Assembly: GCA_963751455.1 (NCBI GenBank)
Contig: CAVVUN010000009.1
Location: forward strand, 128,001 to 192,000
DNA length: 64,000 bases
Origin: Nitrospirota bacterium
GTDB lineage: Bacteria > Nitrospirota > UBA9217
Reading direction: 5' to 3'
Under the pieces are notes generated by a model, which did no database searches, had not been told where the DNA came from, and saw only the letters and a program-made list of their open reading frames with translations. Of the stretch, positions 8,256 through 19,660 are shown piece by piece (the first letter of the stretch is position 1; the number at the start of each line of letters is the position of its first letter). Position numbers and translations under genes: made by a program.

Positions 8256-11200
8256 ATGCGCAACGACACCGGAGCGCTGCGAGCAAGAGGGGAGTTTCTC
8301 GCCACCTGGATGCGGAAAATGAAGGGAATGTGGAAGCTGCTGGCTTTAGCAGTAATAGCCGTGATGTTCACCATGGACAGCATCGCGCTTGCTGAAGGTG
8401 AACTGATCTTTACGGTCGCTGGAGGCTGGATCGGCGACGGCGCGCAGGCAACATCAGCTGCACTGGGAAGTCCTGCCGGCGCAGCCGTTGATGCCGCCGG
8501 AAATATTTATATTGCCGATACGCGAAATAATCGGATCAGGAAAGTCGATACATCCGGCATGATATCCACCATCGCGGGTAACGGAATAATGGGGTATTCC
8601 GGTGACGGCGGGCCGGCGACATCGGCCAGCCTGAATAGCCCGGAGGGTGTTGCAGTAGACGCAGCGGGGAACATCTACATCGCGGACATGAATAACAGCC
8701 GAATCCGAAAGGTCGATCCTGCAGGAGTGATTACAACCTACGCAGGAAACGGCACATCGGGATATTCCGGCGACGGCGGGGCCGCTTCAGCAGCCGCAAT
8801 AAACAGGCCGTGGGGCATAGGCATCGATTCCGCGGGGAATCTATTTATTGCGGATTCGAACAATAACCGGATCCGGAAGGTCGACTCGCTCGGAATCATC
8901 ACTACCGTTGCGGGCAGCGTAAGCTACGGTTTTTCGGGAGACGGCGGACAGGCTATATTCGCAGCGCTTTCGATGCCCCGCGGCGTTGCCGTTGATCCTT
9001 CCGGTGTTATGTTCATTGCGGACTGGAATAACAGCCGGATCAGGAAGGTTGATGCATCTGGTGTCATAACAACGTTCGCGGGAAACGGGATCCGCGCCTA
9101 TTCCGGAGACGGGGGACCTGCTCTCTCGGCAAGTCTATATTATCCCTCCAGTGTAGCAATTGACGCTGCACTGGGTATTGTATATATAGCAGACTCCAAT
9201 AACTATAGCGTCCGGGCCGTGGACCTTGCGTCCGGAACTATCACTACCGCGGCAGGAAACGGGACGACCGGGTTTTCCGGAGACGGAGGTCCTGCTGCCT
9301 CGGCCAATCTTGCTTACCCGACGGGCGTCGCTCTTGATGTCGGTGGCAATCTCTATATCGCGGACTCAAGAAACGCCCGGATACGGAAAGTCAATTCGTC
9401 CAACATTATTACCACAGTCGCCGGAGGATGGCTCGGTGACGGCGGGCCGGCCACAGCGGCAACAATCGGATCTGCGGGAGACGTTGCCGGTGACAGTTCC
9501 GGCAATATCTATATCGCCGAGATTTCGAATGGGGGCCGTATTCGAAAAGTGGACACATCGGGTATTATCACCACGATTGCCGGAAACGGGACCCGCGGGT
9601 ATTCGGGCGACGGTGGACCGGCAGACGCGGCCAGTCTTTATGCGCCGCAGGGAGTTGCCCTGGACCTCTCCGGAAACATATATATTGCCGACACCAGCAA
9701 CAACCGTATCCGGAAAGTTGATGGTGCGACGAGAGTCATAACGACCGTCACCGGCAATGGGACGGCTGCTTTTTCCGGCGACGGCGGCTCTGCCGTATCC
9801 GCAAGCCTTAATCGTCCTGCAGGCGTCGCTGTAGACGCTTCGGGTAACCTCTATATCGCCGACATGAACAACTATCGTATCCGCAAGGTGGATGCTGCGA
9901 CCGGGATCATAACCACGGTCGCCGGAAACGGCAGTTCATCCTATTCGGGGGACGGCGCGTCAGCTACCTCGGCGGGTTTTTACCCTGCCTCGGTGGCCGT
10001 TGACGGGAGCGGCAATATCTATATTCCTGATTATATGAACAACAGGATCCGGAAAGTGGACACGTCCGGGATAATTACGACGTTTGCGGGTAACGGAACA
10101 CGCGGATTTTCCGGCGACGGAGGAGCTGCGACGTCTGCGACACTGAGTTCTCCGCAAGGTGTCTCCGTTGATGGATCGGGGAACATCTTCATAGCTGATA
10201 CAGGGAATTATCGTATACGGGAAGTGGACACCGCAGGAATCATTACGACCGTGGCCGGAAATGGATTGGCGGGATATTCCGGGGACGGGGAAACGGCCGT
10301 TTCGGCAAGCCTCAACAGCCCTCAGGACAGTTACATTGATGCGTACAGCAATATATATATTGCAGACACAGCGAACGGCCGCGTGAGAGTGGTCTGGAGC
10401 GGCCAAACCGTGACATTGCAAGAGGTCGTGGTCGATTCATCAGGAAACCGTCTAGCGGGGGCATACATAACCGTAGTGGGGAACCCGTCTTTATCCGCAT
10501 ACAGCGACGCTAACGGAGTCTTTCAGCTGCCTGTTCCCCAGGGCATCCCGTTCTCGCACAGTATTGCCAAAATGGGATATCGTACTTTGTACACGAGCCC
10601 CCGCATGCTGACGGCATCAAGTCTCACCTATAGACAGAGAGTTCTGTACACCGACAGCGAAGTAGCTGCATGGGGAGTAAATCCGGGATTCAGCGCTATC
10701 CGGGGAAGGGTAATAGATTCATCAACCCATGAAACCATATACAATGCGTCTCTCAGAGCGGTCAGTACTTTAAACCCCGGGTTAACGTATTCCGTAATCT
10801 ACGATGATCTCTGCAGCACGGGCACCGGTACGCGTACCTGTTATTACACTGTGATCAATGTTGCGCCGAATGATCCTGTCATGCTCACGATATCAGCGCA
10901 GGGCTATATCTCCGCAGAGGTAATATATAATCCGCTGTCTGCCGATTCCGTGGGAAGTGCGATCACTTGGCTCACTAAGATCGCGGACAGCTCCAGCTAT
11001 ATCTCTACGCTCACCGGGACATGGACCAGTATTGCATCTACACAGACCGAAACGGTCAACATATCGGTGCGCAGCGGGACCTCGCTGTATACGGCATCCG
11101 GTGCCGTCTCCGGGCAGATGACCCTGTCGATGAGCCGGTTTCTGACGATATTGTCAGGCACGTATGCTCGATGGGGTTACCGGGTAGCCACTTATGATCT

Positions 11201-14200
11201 TGCAGGCTATCACGGAAACCACTACATGATCAGTGACCCGACTTTCAATTCGTCATGGGGCGTATTTACCGGCGATCTCAACGGCGTTTATATCAATAAT
11301 TATGGCGTGCGCAAGGTATATCTGACGAGCATTCGGGGAGTAAGAACGTCCGGTGTGATCGATTTAGTGCTCGACAGCACCTCTAACGGAACTCCGACAT
11401 ATTATAATGATACGGCCATACTTATACGGCACAACAGCAAGAGCGCAACATCGACAGGTTATTACAACGGGACCATCACGAGCGAGGATACCATTGTAGA
11501 GGTTGCCGTGACCGGGGACGGTTTTGCCCTCGCCTCCTACCAGTTGGATCTCGGCTCAGGAAATTCATACCATTATGCCTATACCGATAACACTCAGTCG
11601 CCTGCAAGGGCTTATCGGATAGGGATGGTCGACGGAGCGCTCTTCGGAACAAGGGCAATTGATTTCCTGGTACCGCCAACGACCGGTTCAACCTTCACCG
11701 GCGTGATGGAATCAGTTGATCCTGCGTACAGACCTGTCGCTGAGTATGCCTGGTACCGCAGGGACGTTCAATCTTCAGGGAACGGTTTGAACTCAATAGC
11801 GTACGGCAACAACATGTATGTCGCAGTAGGCGAAGTTGGCGAGATATACACCTCCGGCGACGGGATCACCTGGACCCAGACCATAGCGGGAACGTCCAAC
11901 GCGAACTCGCTTTATGGCGTGGCATACGGAAACAGCACGTTTGTCGCGGTTGGATATGCCGGGACCATACTCACGTCGACCGACGGCATAACCTGGACTC
12001 ACCGGACAGGCACAACGAATACGCTTTACGGCATAACATATGATGACGGGAAGTTCGTGGCTGTCGGCGCTAATGGTGCGATCCTTTCGTCGACAACCGG
12101 TATAGACTGGACCACAGCGGCTTCTACGACCATGTACGATTTGAGAACAATCAGCTTTGGGAATAACATGTTCATGGCTGCTGGCGAAGACGGTGTAGTG
12201 CTTACAGCTGTAGATATTTCAACCTGGATGGTCAGAAACGTCGGCAGAGACGCCGATCTCCGTGATGTAACGTATGGAAACGGCATGTTCACGGCAATCG
12301 GCGAAAAAAGCATTTTCACCTCCTTGGATGGAGGTATAACGTGGACGGAAATTACCCAGACGACAACGGACCAGTACGGCGCCCCCAGGCAGTTCCAGGT
12401 CATGAAAGGAATAGACTTCGCAAATAACACATTCGTCGTTGTGGGGAACAATTACCAGTATGTTTCCCAAGACGGTATAAACTGGGAAGAAATCCGTACC
12501 GGCGGACTTCTCAGGGGAATAGCATACGGCACCATGTTTATCGCAGTGGGGAACAGCGATCTTATAAAGTCCTCGCCTGAAGGAAGAACATGGACGACTC
12601 GTGCAAACTCTGCTGCTAATATACTTTTCGGCATTACCTATGGGAATAACAGATTTGTCGCGGCCGGCCAGTCTGGAGAAATTTTCTCGTCAACGGATGG
12701 AACTGTCTGGACCCAGGCAACTACCGGGATCACGAATAATCTCCAGTCGATCTCATTCGGAAACAATACATTCGTTGCCGTTGGTTGGAATCAATACAAG
12801 CAATGTGCTGCTCTTACCTCAGTCGACGGATCTACCTGGTCCAGTACGAACTTTGGTTCTTCCGTTCCTTGTTATCTCTACGGCGTTTCCTTTGGGAACA
12901 ATAGGTTTGTGGCCGTAGGGTTCGCGGGAATAATATACACCTCTCCTGACGGAACGGAATGGACTGCCGCAGTATCAGGGACTGCCAATAATTTGCAGTC
13001 AGTAAATTTCATCAACAACATCTTTTTGGCAGCAGGGGACAATGGAACCATACTGCGCTCTTCGGACGGTCTGACATGGACCACCGTCAGTTCAGGGTTT
13101 TCATCTACTCTGTATTCCGCGACATGGGGAAATAATACCTACATCATTACGGGTGCAGACAACACCATCCTTACGTCCCCGGATGCGAATACGTGGACGA
13201 GTATCTCATCGGCGGTGGCGCCGGCTGTGCTTTTTACTGTTACCTATGCAAATAATACGTTTATCGGTGGAGGAACGAACGGCGAGATTATTTCTTCTCC
13301 GGACGGGATAACTTGGACAAGAAGCCTGGATGAACTTACGGACAATCGAATACGGGGCATCGCGTATGGAAACAATTCGTTTGTGGCTGTCGGCGATGGG
13401 CACATGATACTGCAGTCCGGCACCGGGACGGCGGGAAATTATAGTATAACAGCTACGGCTGGTATGTACGGAAGCATCACCCCCGCAGGAGCAGTGAGCG
13501 TTCCGGCTGGCGGAAACCAGACGTTCACAATGTTGCCGAACCAGGGTAGCAGTCTGATGGATGTGCAGGTAGATGGCACATCGATCGGGCCGGTGAACAC
13601 GTACACGTTTTACAACGTAATGGCAAACCATACAATATTCGCAGCATTCAGCGCCCCACCAATGTACAGCATCACAGCAGCTCCCGGATTAAACGGCAGC
13701 ATAACGTGCAATCCGGTGACCGTAAATTACGGATCGAGTTCGACCTGCGCCATGACAGCGGATCCCGGGTATCACGTCGCAAGCGTGAGTGTGGGGCCGA
13801 CCGGCGGCGCCCTGAGCTTCGTGGGCGCCGTAGCGTCATACACCATCAACAATGTAACAACTGATATGACCATAGCGGCCGCCTTTGTCCAGAACCAGGT
13901 AACTCCGGGACCGCAATGGCCCATGCAGCGCTTCGATTCAAAACGGACCGGCCATAGCCCGTTCATGGGAGCTTCTGCCCCGGTGATAAAATGGATCAAC
14001 TCTCTGCCGGTCGTCAATACGGCCATAGGTTCTGACGGAACGATTTATGCCGGCGCAACTGATGGTAATGTATACGCGCTCAATCCCGACGGATCAGTAA
14101 AGTATGTGTATTACGATGTTGGCGTATGCTGCGCCGCGCCTGCCATCGGACCTGACGGAACGATCTACTTCTCAGGCTTTTCCGGCGGAGTCGGAAGGAC

Positions 14201-17200
14201 CGTGGCTTTGAACCCCGACTTTACGTTGAAATGGTCGTATTCCTACGGCATCTGCTGCGGTTCGATGACGATCGGACCGAACGGAACCGTATACATCACC
14301 GGCGGCGAAATCCACGCCGTGAACGCAGACGGACAGCTGCTCTGGATATTCAAACCCTCTGATTACGGTGACACAGGCACCATATGTGAAGCGCCGGCGG
14401 TGGGCACCGGGTCAGCCGGGACGTTGTTTGCCGCTACCAGGAATTACCTGTACGCCATAGACCCCGCAACCGGAAGCCGCGTATGGAGCGTCAATATCAA
14501 TCCGGGCGGGGATACCGCAATGCCATGCATAGGTCCGTACGTCTGGACCGGTTTTGTCTACAGCGCAGGAGGACAGTACGTACGGAGATTCTCACAGCAG
14601 GGAACACTGGCCACAGAGTTCTTCCTCGGCTCCGTATTTGCCGACAAATACGTGGCTGAGATCATGCCCGGCCTCGAGCCTCAGTCAGTGATCGCAGTTG
14701 CATACAGCATTCAGCCGGACGGAACGGGTTATACAGGCGGGACCGTTATCGGCCTAAGCTATGATTCCACGGCTAATTCGTATTCTGTGGCCTGGTCTAC
14801 AGCGATCCAGGGAGAACCTCGTTCCCTGGATTCCGTCAGCAGCCCCATCATGGACTCGTCCGGCAGGATTTATCTTCGGACGAGAATTCCAGAGGAGGCC
14901 GGGACTCCCTCGTATATGAATCTTTATTGCATCGACTCCCATGACGGCGCCCTTGTCTGGATGTATGAGACCGCGGTGGAGGCGCCCGACCCGTCAGATC
15001 CGATGGTGGGGATGAGACCCAATCTCTCAATTGATGTGGATGGGACGCTCTACAGCGTGGCTGGAACGCAGCGCACGCTCGGCGCTTTCAACAGCGGCCC
15101 GGTTGCCGTGCTCCCGATTAAGGCAATGGGAAGCCGCTTCGGAACAATCTCACCGTCGGGGACCGTGAGCGTGAATTATGGTGGCAGCCAGACATATTCC
15201 ATAACCCCGTATACCGGATATCATATATCCGATGTCCTGGTCGACGGAGCCTCAGTCGGGGCGGTTACGAGCTATACGTTCAGCAACGTTATGAATTCTC
15301 ATACCATCAGCGTGAGCTTTGCAATGAACACGTATACCATTACGGCGAGCGCAGGTACGAACGGCAGCATTGCACCATCCGGTACTGTGACCGCTTCTTA
15401 TGGAGGCATAGCATTTACTATTACACCGGATACCGGATACCATCCTGTTGTTTCCGGCACATGCAACGGTAGCCTGAGTGAGACAGGACCATACTGGTAC
15501 TCGATCGCCCCTGTCACTGCGGATTGTATTTTGGCTGTCTCTTTTGAAATAAACATATATACGGTTACACCCAGAGTCGAGAATGAAGGACAGACAGGAT
15601 ATCAGTTTGAGCGCATGTGGCCTCAGCTTGAGCAGCCCTGGTATTTCAAGCCCACGGGATTGGCTTCTGATGCGTCTGGCAATATATATATCGCTGATTA
15701 CGGCAGCAGCCGCGTTAAGAAATTTGATTCCAACGGCACTTTTGTGATGGAATGGGGTGGACCGGGAGCGGGAAATGGACAGTTTTCAGGCTTATATGGG
15801 ATTGCGGTAGACAACTTGGGATATGTATATGCGCTTGATTATTCCCGCGCGCAAAAGTTTGATGCCGGAGGCGGCTTCATTACGTCATGGGGTTCCTACG
15901 GGTCCGGTAATGGACAGTTTAATATGCCGCAAGGTCCGGCTATCGACTCCTCTGGGAACATTTATATTGCCGATACTTATAATCATCGTATTCAGAAATT
16001 CGATTCAAACGGCAATTATTTGACCCAGTGGGGTACGCTGGGCACAGGCAACGGAGAATTTGATACACCCCAGGCAATCGCCGTTGATATGCTTGGTTAT
16101 GTTTATGTAGCAGAAGCGGGCAATTTCCGAGTACAAAAATTTCTGTCCGACGGCACTTATGTTGCCCAGTGGGGTTCGTATGGAAACGGCAACGGACAGT
16201 TTACAAATCCGAAACGATTGGCTGTAGACGCTTCGGGATATATATATGTCGGAGATGTAAGCCGGATTCAAAAGTTTGATTCCAATGGAGCGTATCTTGA
16301 TCAATGGGGCTCTTCAGGTTATGGCAACGGTCAGTTCTTAAATATAATGGGATTAGCATTTGGTCCCTCCGGCATTTTATACGCTGCTGATGACCACAGC
16401 GTCCAAAAATTTACTTCGGACGGAATATATCTGGAAAAATGGAGATCTGACGGTACAGGTAATGGGCAGTTTTATAATCCACATAATGTTGCGACTGACA
16501 GATGGGGTAACGTGTATGTTCCCGATGCAGATAATAACCGTATCCAGAAATTTGATTCAAATGGAGAATATCTGATGCAATGGGGTTCAGCAGGTACGGG
16601 AGATGGGCAGTTTAGTCACCCCTCCGCAGTAGCTGTGGACGCCAATGACTTTGTATATGTTGCTGATTTCGGCAACTCTCGAATTCAAAAGTTCGATTCG
16701 AGTGGGATATATCTTACGAAATGGGGTTCGTTCGGCTCCGGGGACGGCCAGTTTTGGTTGGCAGAAGGTCTGGCTGTGGACGCCTCGGGAAATATTTATG
16801 TTGCTGATTCATACAACAATCGAGTTCAGAAATTCGACTCGAGTGGGACTTATCTCACTCAGTGGAGTACTTCCGGTTATCCCGAAGGACTAGCAGTCGA
16901 CTCCTCAGGTCATGTATATGTTTCTGATGCGACCAACCACAGGATTCAAAAGTTCGATTCGAACGGCATCTATTTAACGCAATGGGGTACAGCCGGAACA
17001 GGGGACGGACAGTTTATGAGGCCAAGAGGGCTGGGGCTGGATAACTCGGGGAATGTGTATGTCGCAGATAGTTATGATGACATTTCGAACAAAATCGACC
17101 GTATCCAGAAGTTCGACCCGTACGGCAATTATCTGACCCAGTGGGGCTCTACAGGATCGGGAAGCGGGCAGTTCGTAGGCGTGCAAGGAGTTGCGGTGGA

Positions 17201-19535
17201 CGCCTTGGGCAATGTATTCGTTGCTGATACAGGGAACAACCGAATCCAGAAATTCACTTTCACCGGGAATGCCGGCGGCAACATAAGTCCGTCTACACCC
17301 CAAACGGTAGCATACAATTTAACGACCTCATTCACGGTAACAGCGAATACCGGTTATCATGTCGTTTCGGTCAGCGGGTGCGGAGGCGCCTTATCTAATA
17401 ATGTATATTCGACAGGTCCGGTTACTGCTGATTGCCTGGTCAGCGCCGCTTTTGCGATAAACACATACACCATCACGGCAACAGCGGGACCAAACGGTGC
17501 GGTTGTATGTACACCTTCCATCGTAAACTACGGATCAGGTTCTTTGTGCGCGATAACGCCGGATACCGGATACCACATTGTCGATGTAATGGTTGACGGC
17601 ATATCCATCGGGGCTCAGAACAATTACTCATTCACCAATGTGACGGCGAATCACGCCATTACAGCGGCTTTTGCCATAAACACGTACACCATCACGACAA
17701 CATCGGACCCCAATGGCGCGGTTGTATGTACGCCTTCCATCGTGAACTACGGGTCGGGTTCTTCGTGTACAATCACTCCTGATACCGGATATCATATTGT
17801 CGATGCGATGGTTGACGGGATATCAATAGGAGCGCAGAGCAGTTACTCTTTCACAAATGTGACTGCGGATCATTTTATCTCCGGCGTTTTTGCCATAAAC
17901 ACATACGCCATCACGGCAACAGCAGGACCCAATGGTGCGGTTGTCTGTACGCCTTCAATCGTCAATTACGGGTCCGGTTCATCCTGCATGATCACTCCGG
18001 ATACGGGATATCATGTAGCCAATAGCCTTGTGGACGGAGTATCCGCTGGATTGATCAGCAGTTACACGTTCACGAATGTGACTGCTCCACACACGATCTC
18101 AGCCGGTTTTGCGATAAACACGTACATGATATCAGCAACGACGGGAATGGGCGGCGGGGTGACATGTAATCCCTCGACCGTTAACTACGGGTCAGATTCT
18201 TCATGTATAGTCGCGCCGGATACCGGATATCATATTGTCGATGTGATGGTTGACGGCATATCCATTGGGGCTCCGGGTAGTTACCTATTCACGAATGTGA
18301 CCGCAGATCATTCAATCTCAGCTGCTTTTGCCATAAACACGTACACCATCACCGCAACAGCCGGAATGAACGGGACGATTGTATGCACGCCTTCAATCGT
18401 CAACTACGGGTCCGGTTCTTCGTGCACGAGCACACCGGATATCGGATATCATATTGTCGATGTCCTGGTTGATGGCGTATCAATCGGGGCTTCAAGCAAT
18501 TACACGTTCACGAATGTGACCGCGGATCACTCCATCTCAGCTGCATTTGCTATAAACACGTACAACATCACCGCAACTGCGGGAGCCAACGGCACGCTCG
18601 TGTGTATACCTTCAATCGTCAACTACGGGTCCGGTTCTTCGTGTACGATCACACCGGATATCGGATATCATATTGTCGATGTCTTGGTTGACGGCGTCTC
18701 CATCGGGACTCCGGGTAGCTACCTGTTCATTAATGTGACCGCGGATCACACCATCTCCGCTGTTTTTGCGATAAACACGTACAACGTTACCGCAACTGCG
18801 GGAGCCAACGGTACGCTCGTGTGTTCGCCTTCAATCGTCAACTACGGGTCAGGGTCTTCATGCACGATCACGCCGGATATCGGACACCACATAGTCGACG
18901 TCCTGGTTGACGGCATCTCCATCGGTGCTTCCGGCAATTACACGTTCGCCAATGTGACTGCAGATCACTCTATCTCTGCGAGTTTCGCCATAAACAGGTA
19001 CACTATCAATGTCTCGAAGTCGGGAACCGGAACGGGAACGGTCATAAGTACCCCGGGCGGAATAAGCTGCGGAGCGGATTGTTCTGAAATTTACGATTAC
19101 GGCACAGTGCTGCTGCTCACTCCGCTCGCTGATCCGGATACCGTATTTACAGGCTGGACCGGCGGCTCATGTTCGGGAACAGGACCTTGTACCATCATAG
19201 TGGGATCTGATCAGGCGATCACGGCGAATTTTTCAAGGGCCATCACTGTGACAAGCCCCAACGGCGGTGAGGAGTGGGACCGTGGCACGACGTACGCGAT
19301 AACATGGAATTATGCGGGCAGTTCAGCCGACATGGTCAGTATAGAACTTCTGCAAGACGGACTGGTTCATGGAATCATCGCGAGCGGAGTTCCTATCGGA
19401 AGCAACGGTACAGGTTCATATGCCTGGTCTATACCGAAAAACGAAGCAGGTTCTGATTACACGATCAGGATAACGAGCATGACAACAAGTACGTTCACCG
19501 ATGTGAGCGACGGGATGTTCATCATCATCAAATAG
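8256..19535 (+). CDS. Giant secreted multi-domain protein: NHL propellers, BNR-like propellers, PQQ-like propeller, second NHL block, Ig-like repeats
   Basis: Signal-like KLLALAVIAVMFTMDSIALA; GNIYIAD..N.RIRKV repeats; SxDGxxW repeats; PAIGPDGTIY repeats; GQF..P.G.AVD repeats; C-terminal ITVTSPNGGEEW domain. ATG at 8256 follows GGAGG. Confidence 0.9.
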   Translation: MRNDTGALRARGEFLATWMRKMKGMWKLLALAVIAVMFTMDSIALAEGELIFTVAGGWIGDGAQATSAALGSPAGAAVDAAGNIYIADTRNNRIRKVDTSGMISTIAGNGIMGYSGDGGPATSASLNSPEGVAVDAAGNIYIADMNNSRIRKVDPAGVITTYAGNGTSGYSGDGGAASAAAINRPWGIGIDSAGNLFIADSNNNRIRKVDSLGIITTVAGSVSYGFSGDGGQAIFAALSMPRGVAVDPSGVMFIADWNNSRIRKVDASGVITTFAGNGIRAYSGDGGPALSASLYYPSSVAIDAALGIVYIADSNNYSVRAVDLASGTITTAAGNGTTGFSGDGGPAASANLAYPTGVALDVGGNLYIADSRNARIRKVNSSNIITTVAGGWLGDGGPATAATIGSAGDVAGDSSGNIYIAEISNGGRIRKVDTSGIITTIAGNGTRGYSGDGGPADAASLYAPQGVALDLSGNIYIADTSNNRIRKVDGATRVITTVTGNGTAAFSGDGGSAVSASLNRPAGVAVDASGNLYIADMNNYRIRKVDAATGIITTVAGNGSSSYSGDGASATSAGFYPASVAVDGSGNIYIPDYMNNRIRKVDTSGIITTFAGNGTRGFSGDGGAATSATLSSPQGVSVDGSGNIFIADTGNYRIREVDTAGIITTVAGNGLAGYSGDGETAVSASLNSPQDSYIDAYSNIYIADTANGRVRVVWSGQTVTLQEVVVDSSGNRLAGAYITVVGNPSLSAYSDANGVFQLPVPQGIPFSHSIAKMGYRTLYTSPRMLTASSLTYRQRVLYTDSEVAAWGVNPGFSAIRGRVIDSSTHETIYNASLRAVSTLNPGLTYSVIYDDLCSTGTGTRTCYYTVINVAPNDPVMLTISAQGYISAEVIYNPLSADSVGSAITWLTKIADSSSYISTLTGTWTSIASTQTETVNISVRSGTSLYTASGAVSGQMTLSMSRFLTILSGTYARWGYRVATYDLAGYHGNHYMISDPTFNSSWGVFTGDLNGVYINNYGVRKVYLTSIRGVRTSGVIDLVLDSTSNGTPTYYNDTAILIRHNSKSATSTGYYNGTITSEDTIVEVAVTGDGFALASYQLDLGSGNSYHYAYTDNTQSPARAYRIGMVDGALFGTRAIDFLVPPTTGSTFTGVMESVDPAYRPVAEYAWYRRDVQSSGNGLNSIAYGNNMYVAVGEVGEIYTSGDGITWTQTIAGTSNANSLYGVAYGNSTFVAVGYAGTILTSTDGITWTHRTGTTNTLYGITYDDGKFVAVGANGAILSSTTGIDWTTAASTTMYDLRTISFGNNMFMAAGEDGVVLTAVDISTWMVRNVGRDADLRDVTYGNGMFTAIGEKSIFTSLDGGITWTEITQTTTDQYGAPRQFQVMKGIDFANNTFVVVGNNYQYVSQDGINWEEIRTGGLLRGIAYGTMFIAVGNSDLIKSSPEGRTWTTRANSAANILFGITYGNNRFVAAGQSGEIFSSTDGTVWTQATTGITNNLQSISFGNNTFVAVGWNQYKQCAALTSVDGSTWSSTNFGSSVPCYLYGVSFGNNRFVAVGFAGIIYTSPDGTEWTAAVSGTANNLQSVNFINNIFLAAGDNGTILRSSDGLTWTTVSSGFSSTLYSATWGNNTYIITGADNTILTSPDANTWTSISSAVAPAVLFTVTYANNTFIGGGTNGEIISSPDGITWTRSLDELTDNRIRGIAYGNNSFVAVGDGHMILQSGTGTAGNYSITATAGMYGSITPAGAVSVPAGGNQTFTMLPNQGSSLMDVQVDGTSIGPVNTYTFYNVMANHTIFAAFSAPPMYSITAAPGLNGSITCNPVTVNYGSSSTCAMTADPGYHVASVSVGPTGGALSFVGAVASYTINNVTTDMTIAAAFVQNQVTPGPQWPMQRFDSKRTGHSPFMGASAPVIKWINSLPVVNTAIGSDGTIYAGATDGNVYALNPDGSVKYVYYDVGVCCAAPAIGPDGTIYFSGFSGGVGRTVALNPDFTLKWSYSYGICCGSMTIGPNGTVYITGGEIHAVNADGQLLWIFKPSDYGDTGTICEAPAVGTGSAGTLFAATRNYLYAIDPATGSRVWSVNINPGGDTAMPCIGPYVWTGFVYSAGGQYVRRFSQQGTLATEFFLGSVFADKYVAEIMPGLEPQSVIAVAYSIQPDGTGYTGGTVIGLSYDSTANSYSVAWSTAIQGEPRSLDSVSSPIMDSSGRIYLRTRIPEEAGTPSYMNLYCIDSHDGALVWMYETAVEAPDPSDPMVGMRPNLSIDVDGTLYSVAGTQRTLGAFNSGPVAVLPIKAMGSRFGTISPSGTVSVNYGGSQTYSITPYTGYHISDVLVDGASVGAVTSYTFSNVMNSHTISVSFAMNTYTITASAGTNGSIAPSGTVTASYGGIAFTITPDTGYHPVVSGTCNGSLSETGPYWYSIAPVTADCILAVSFEINIYTVTPRVENEGQTGYQFERMWPQLEQPWYFKPTGLASDASGNIYIADYGSSRVKKFDSNGTFVMEWGGPGAGNGQFSGLYGIAVDNLGYVYALDYSRAQKFDAGGGFITSWGSYGSGNGQFNMPQGPAIDSSGNIYIADTYNHRIQKFDSNGNYLTQWGTLGTGNGEFDTPQAIAVDMLGYVYVAEAGNFRVQKFLSDGTYVAQWGSYGNGNGQFTNPKRLAVDASGYIYVGDVSRIQKFDSNGAYLDQWGSSGYGNGQFLNIMGLAFGPSGILYAADDHSVQKFTSDGIYLEKWRSDGTGNGQFYNPHNVATDRWGNVYVPDADNNRIQKFDSNGEYLMQWGSAGTGDGQFSHPSAVAVDANDFVYVADFGNSRIQKFDSSGIYLTKWGSFGSGDGQFWLAEGLAVDASGNIYVADSYNNRVQKFDSSGTYLTQWSTSGYPEGLAVDSSGHVYVSDATNHRIQKFDSNGIYLTQWGTAGTGDGQFMRPRGLGLDNSGNVYVADSYDDISNKIDRIQKFDPYGNYLTQWGSTGSGSGQFVGVQGVAVDALGNVFVADTGNNRIQKFTFTGNAGGNISPSTPQTVAYNLTTSFTVTANTGYHVVSVSGCGGALSNNVYSTGPVTADCLVSAAFAINTYTITATAGPNGAVVCTPSIVNYGSGSLCAITPDTGYHIVDVMVDGISIGAQNNYSFTNVTANHAITAAFAINTYTITTTSDPNGAVVCTPSIVNYGSGSSCTITPDTGYHIVDAMVDGISIGAQSSYSFTNVTADHFISGVFAINTYAITATAGPNGAVVCTPSIVNYGSGSSCMITPDTGYHVANSLVDGVSAGLISSYTFTNVTAPHTISAGFAINTYMISATTGMGGGVTCNPSTVNYGSDSSCIVAPDTGYHIVDVMVDGISIGAPGSYLFTNVTADHSISAAFAINTYTITATAGMNGTIVCTPSIVNYGSGSSCTSTPDIGYHIVDVLVDGVSIGASSNYTFTNVTADHSISAAFAINTYNITATAGANGTLVCIPSIVNYGSGSSCTITPDIGYHIVDVLVDGVSIGTPGSYLFINVTADHTISAVFAINTYNVTATAGANGTLVCSPSIVNYGSGSSCTITPDIGHHIVDVLVDGISIGASGNYTFANVTADHSISASFAINRYTINVSKSGTGTGTVISTPGGISCGADCSEIYDYGTVLLLTPLADPDTVFTGWTGGSCSGTGPCTIIVGSDQAITANFSRAITVTSPNGGEEWDRGTTYAITWNYAGSSADMVSIELLQDGLVHGIIASGVPIGSNGTGSYAWSIPKNEAGSDYTIRITSMTTSTFTDVSDGMFIIIK
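17454..18986 (+). repeat. Seven tandem 219-bp (73-aa) intragenic Ig-like repeats
   Basis: AINTY unit starts at 17454, 17673, 17892, 18111, 18330, 18549 and 18768; the next AIN is at 18987. Confidence 0.9.
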
Positions 19536-19559
19536 CGTTTGCTGTCACGATGTTCCGGA

Positions 19560-19598
19560 GGGAGCAGGCATTTGTCTGCTCCCTTTTTTATTTTTTTA
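19560..19598 (+). terminator. Intrinsic terminator
   Basis: GGGAGCAG...CTGCTCCC followed by a T run. Confidence 0.8.
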
Positions 19599-19660
19599 AC
19601 CGGCGTCATTAAAAAGCATGAGCCTCCTGCCTGCGAATTTCTCGGTTTTTTCCGCCTTAC

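Noticed and set aside
17454-18986. Possible CRISPR or DGR-like repeat array
   Set aside because: In-frame 219-bp coding repeats with no unique spacers, and no cas or reverse transcriptase gene in the window.
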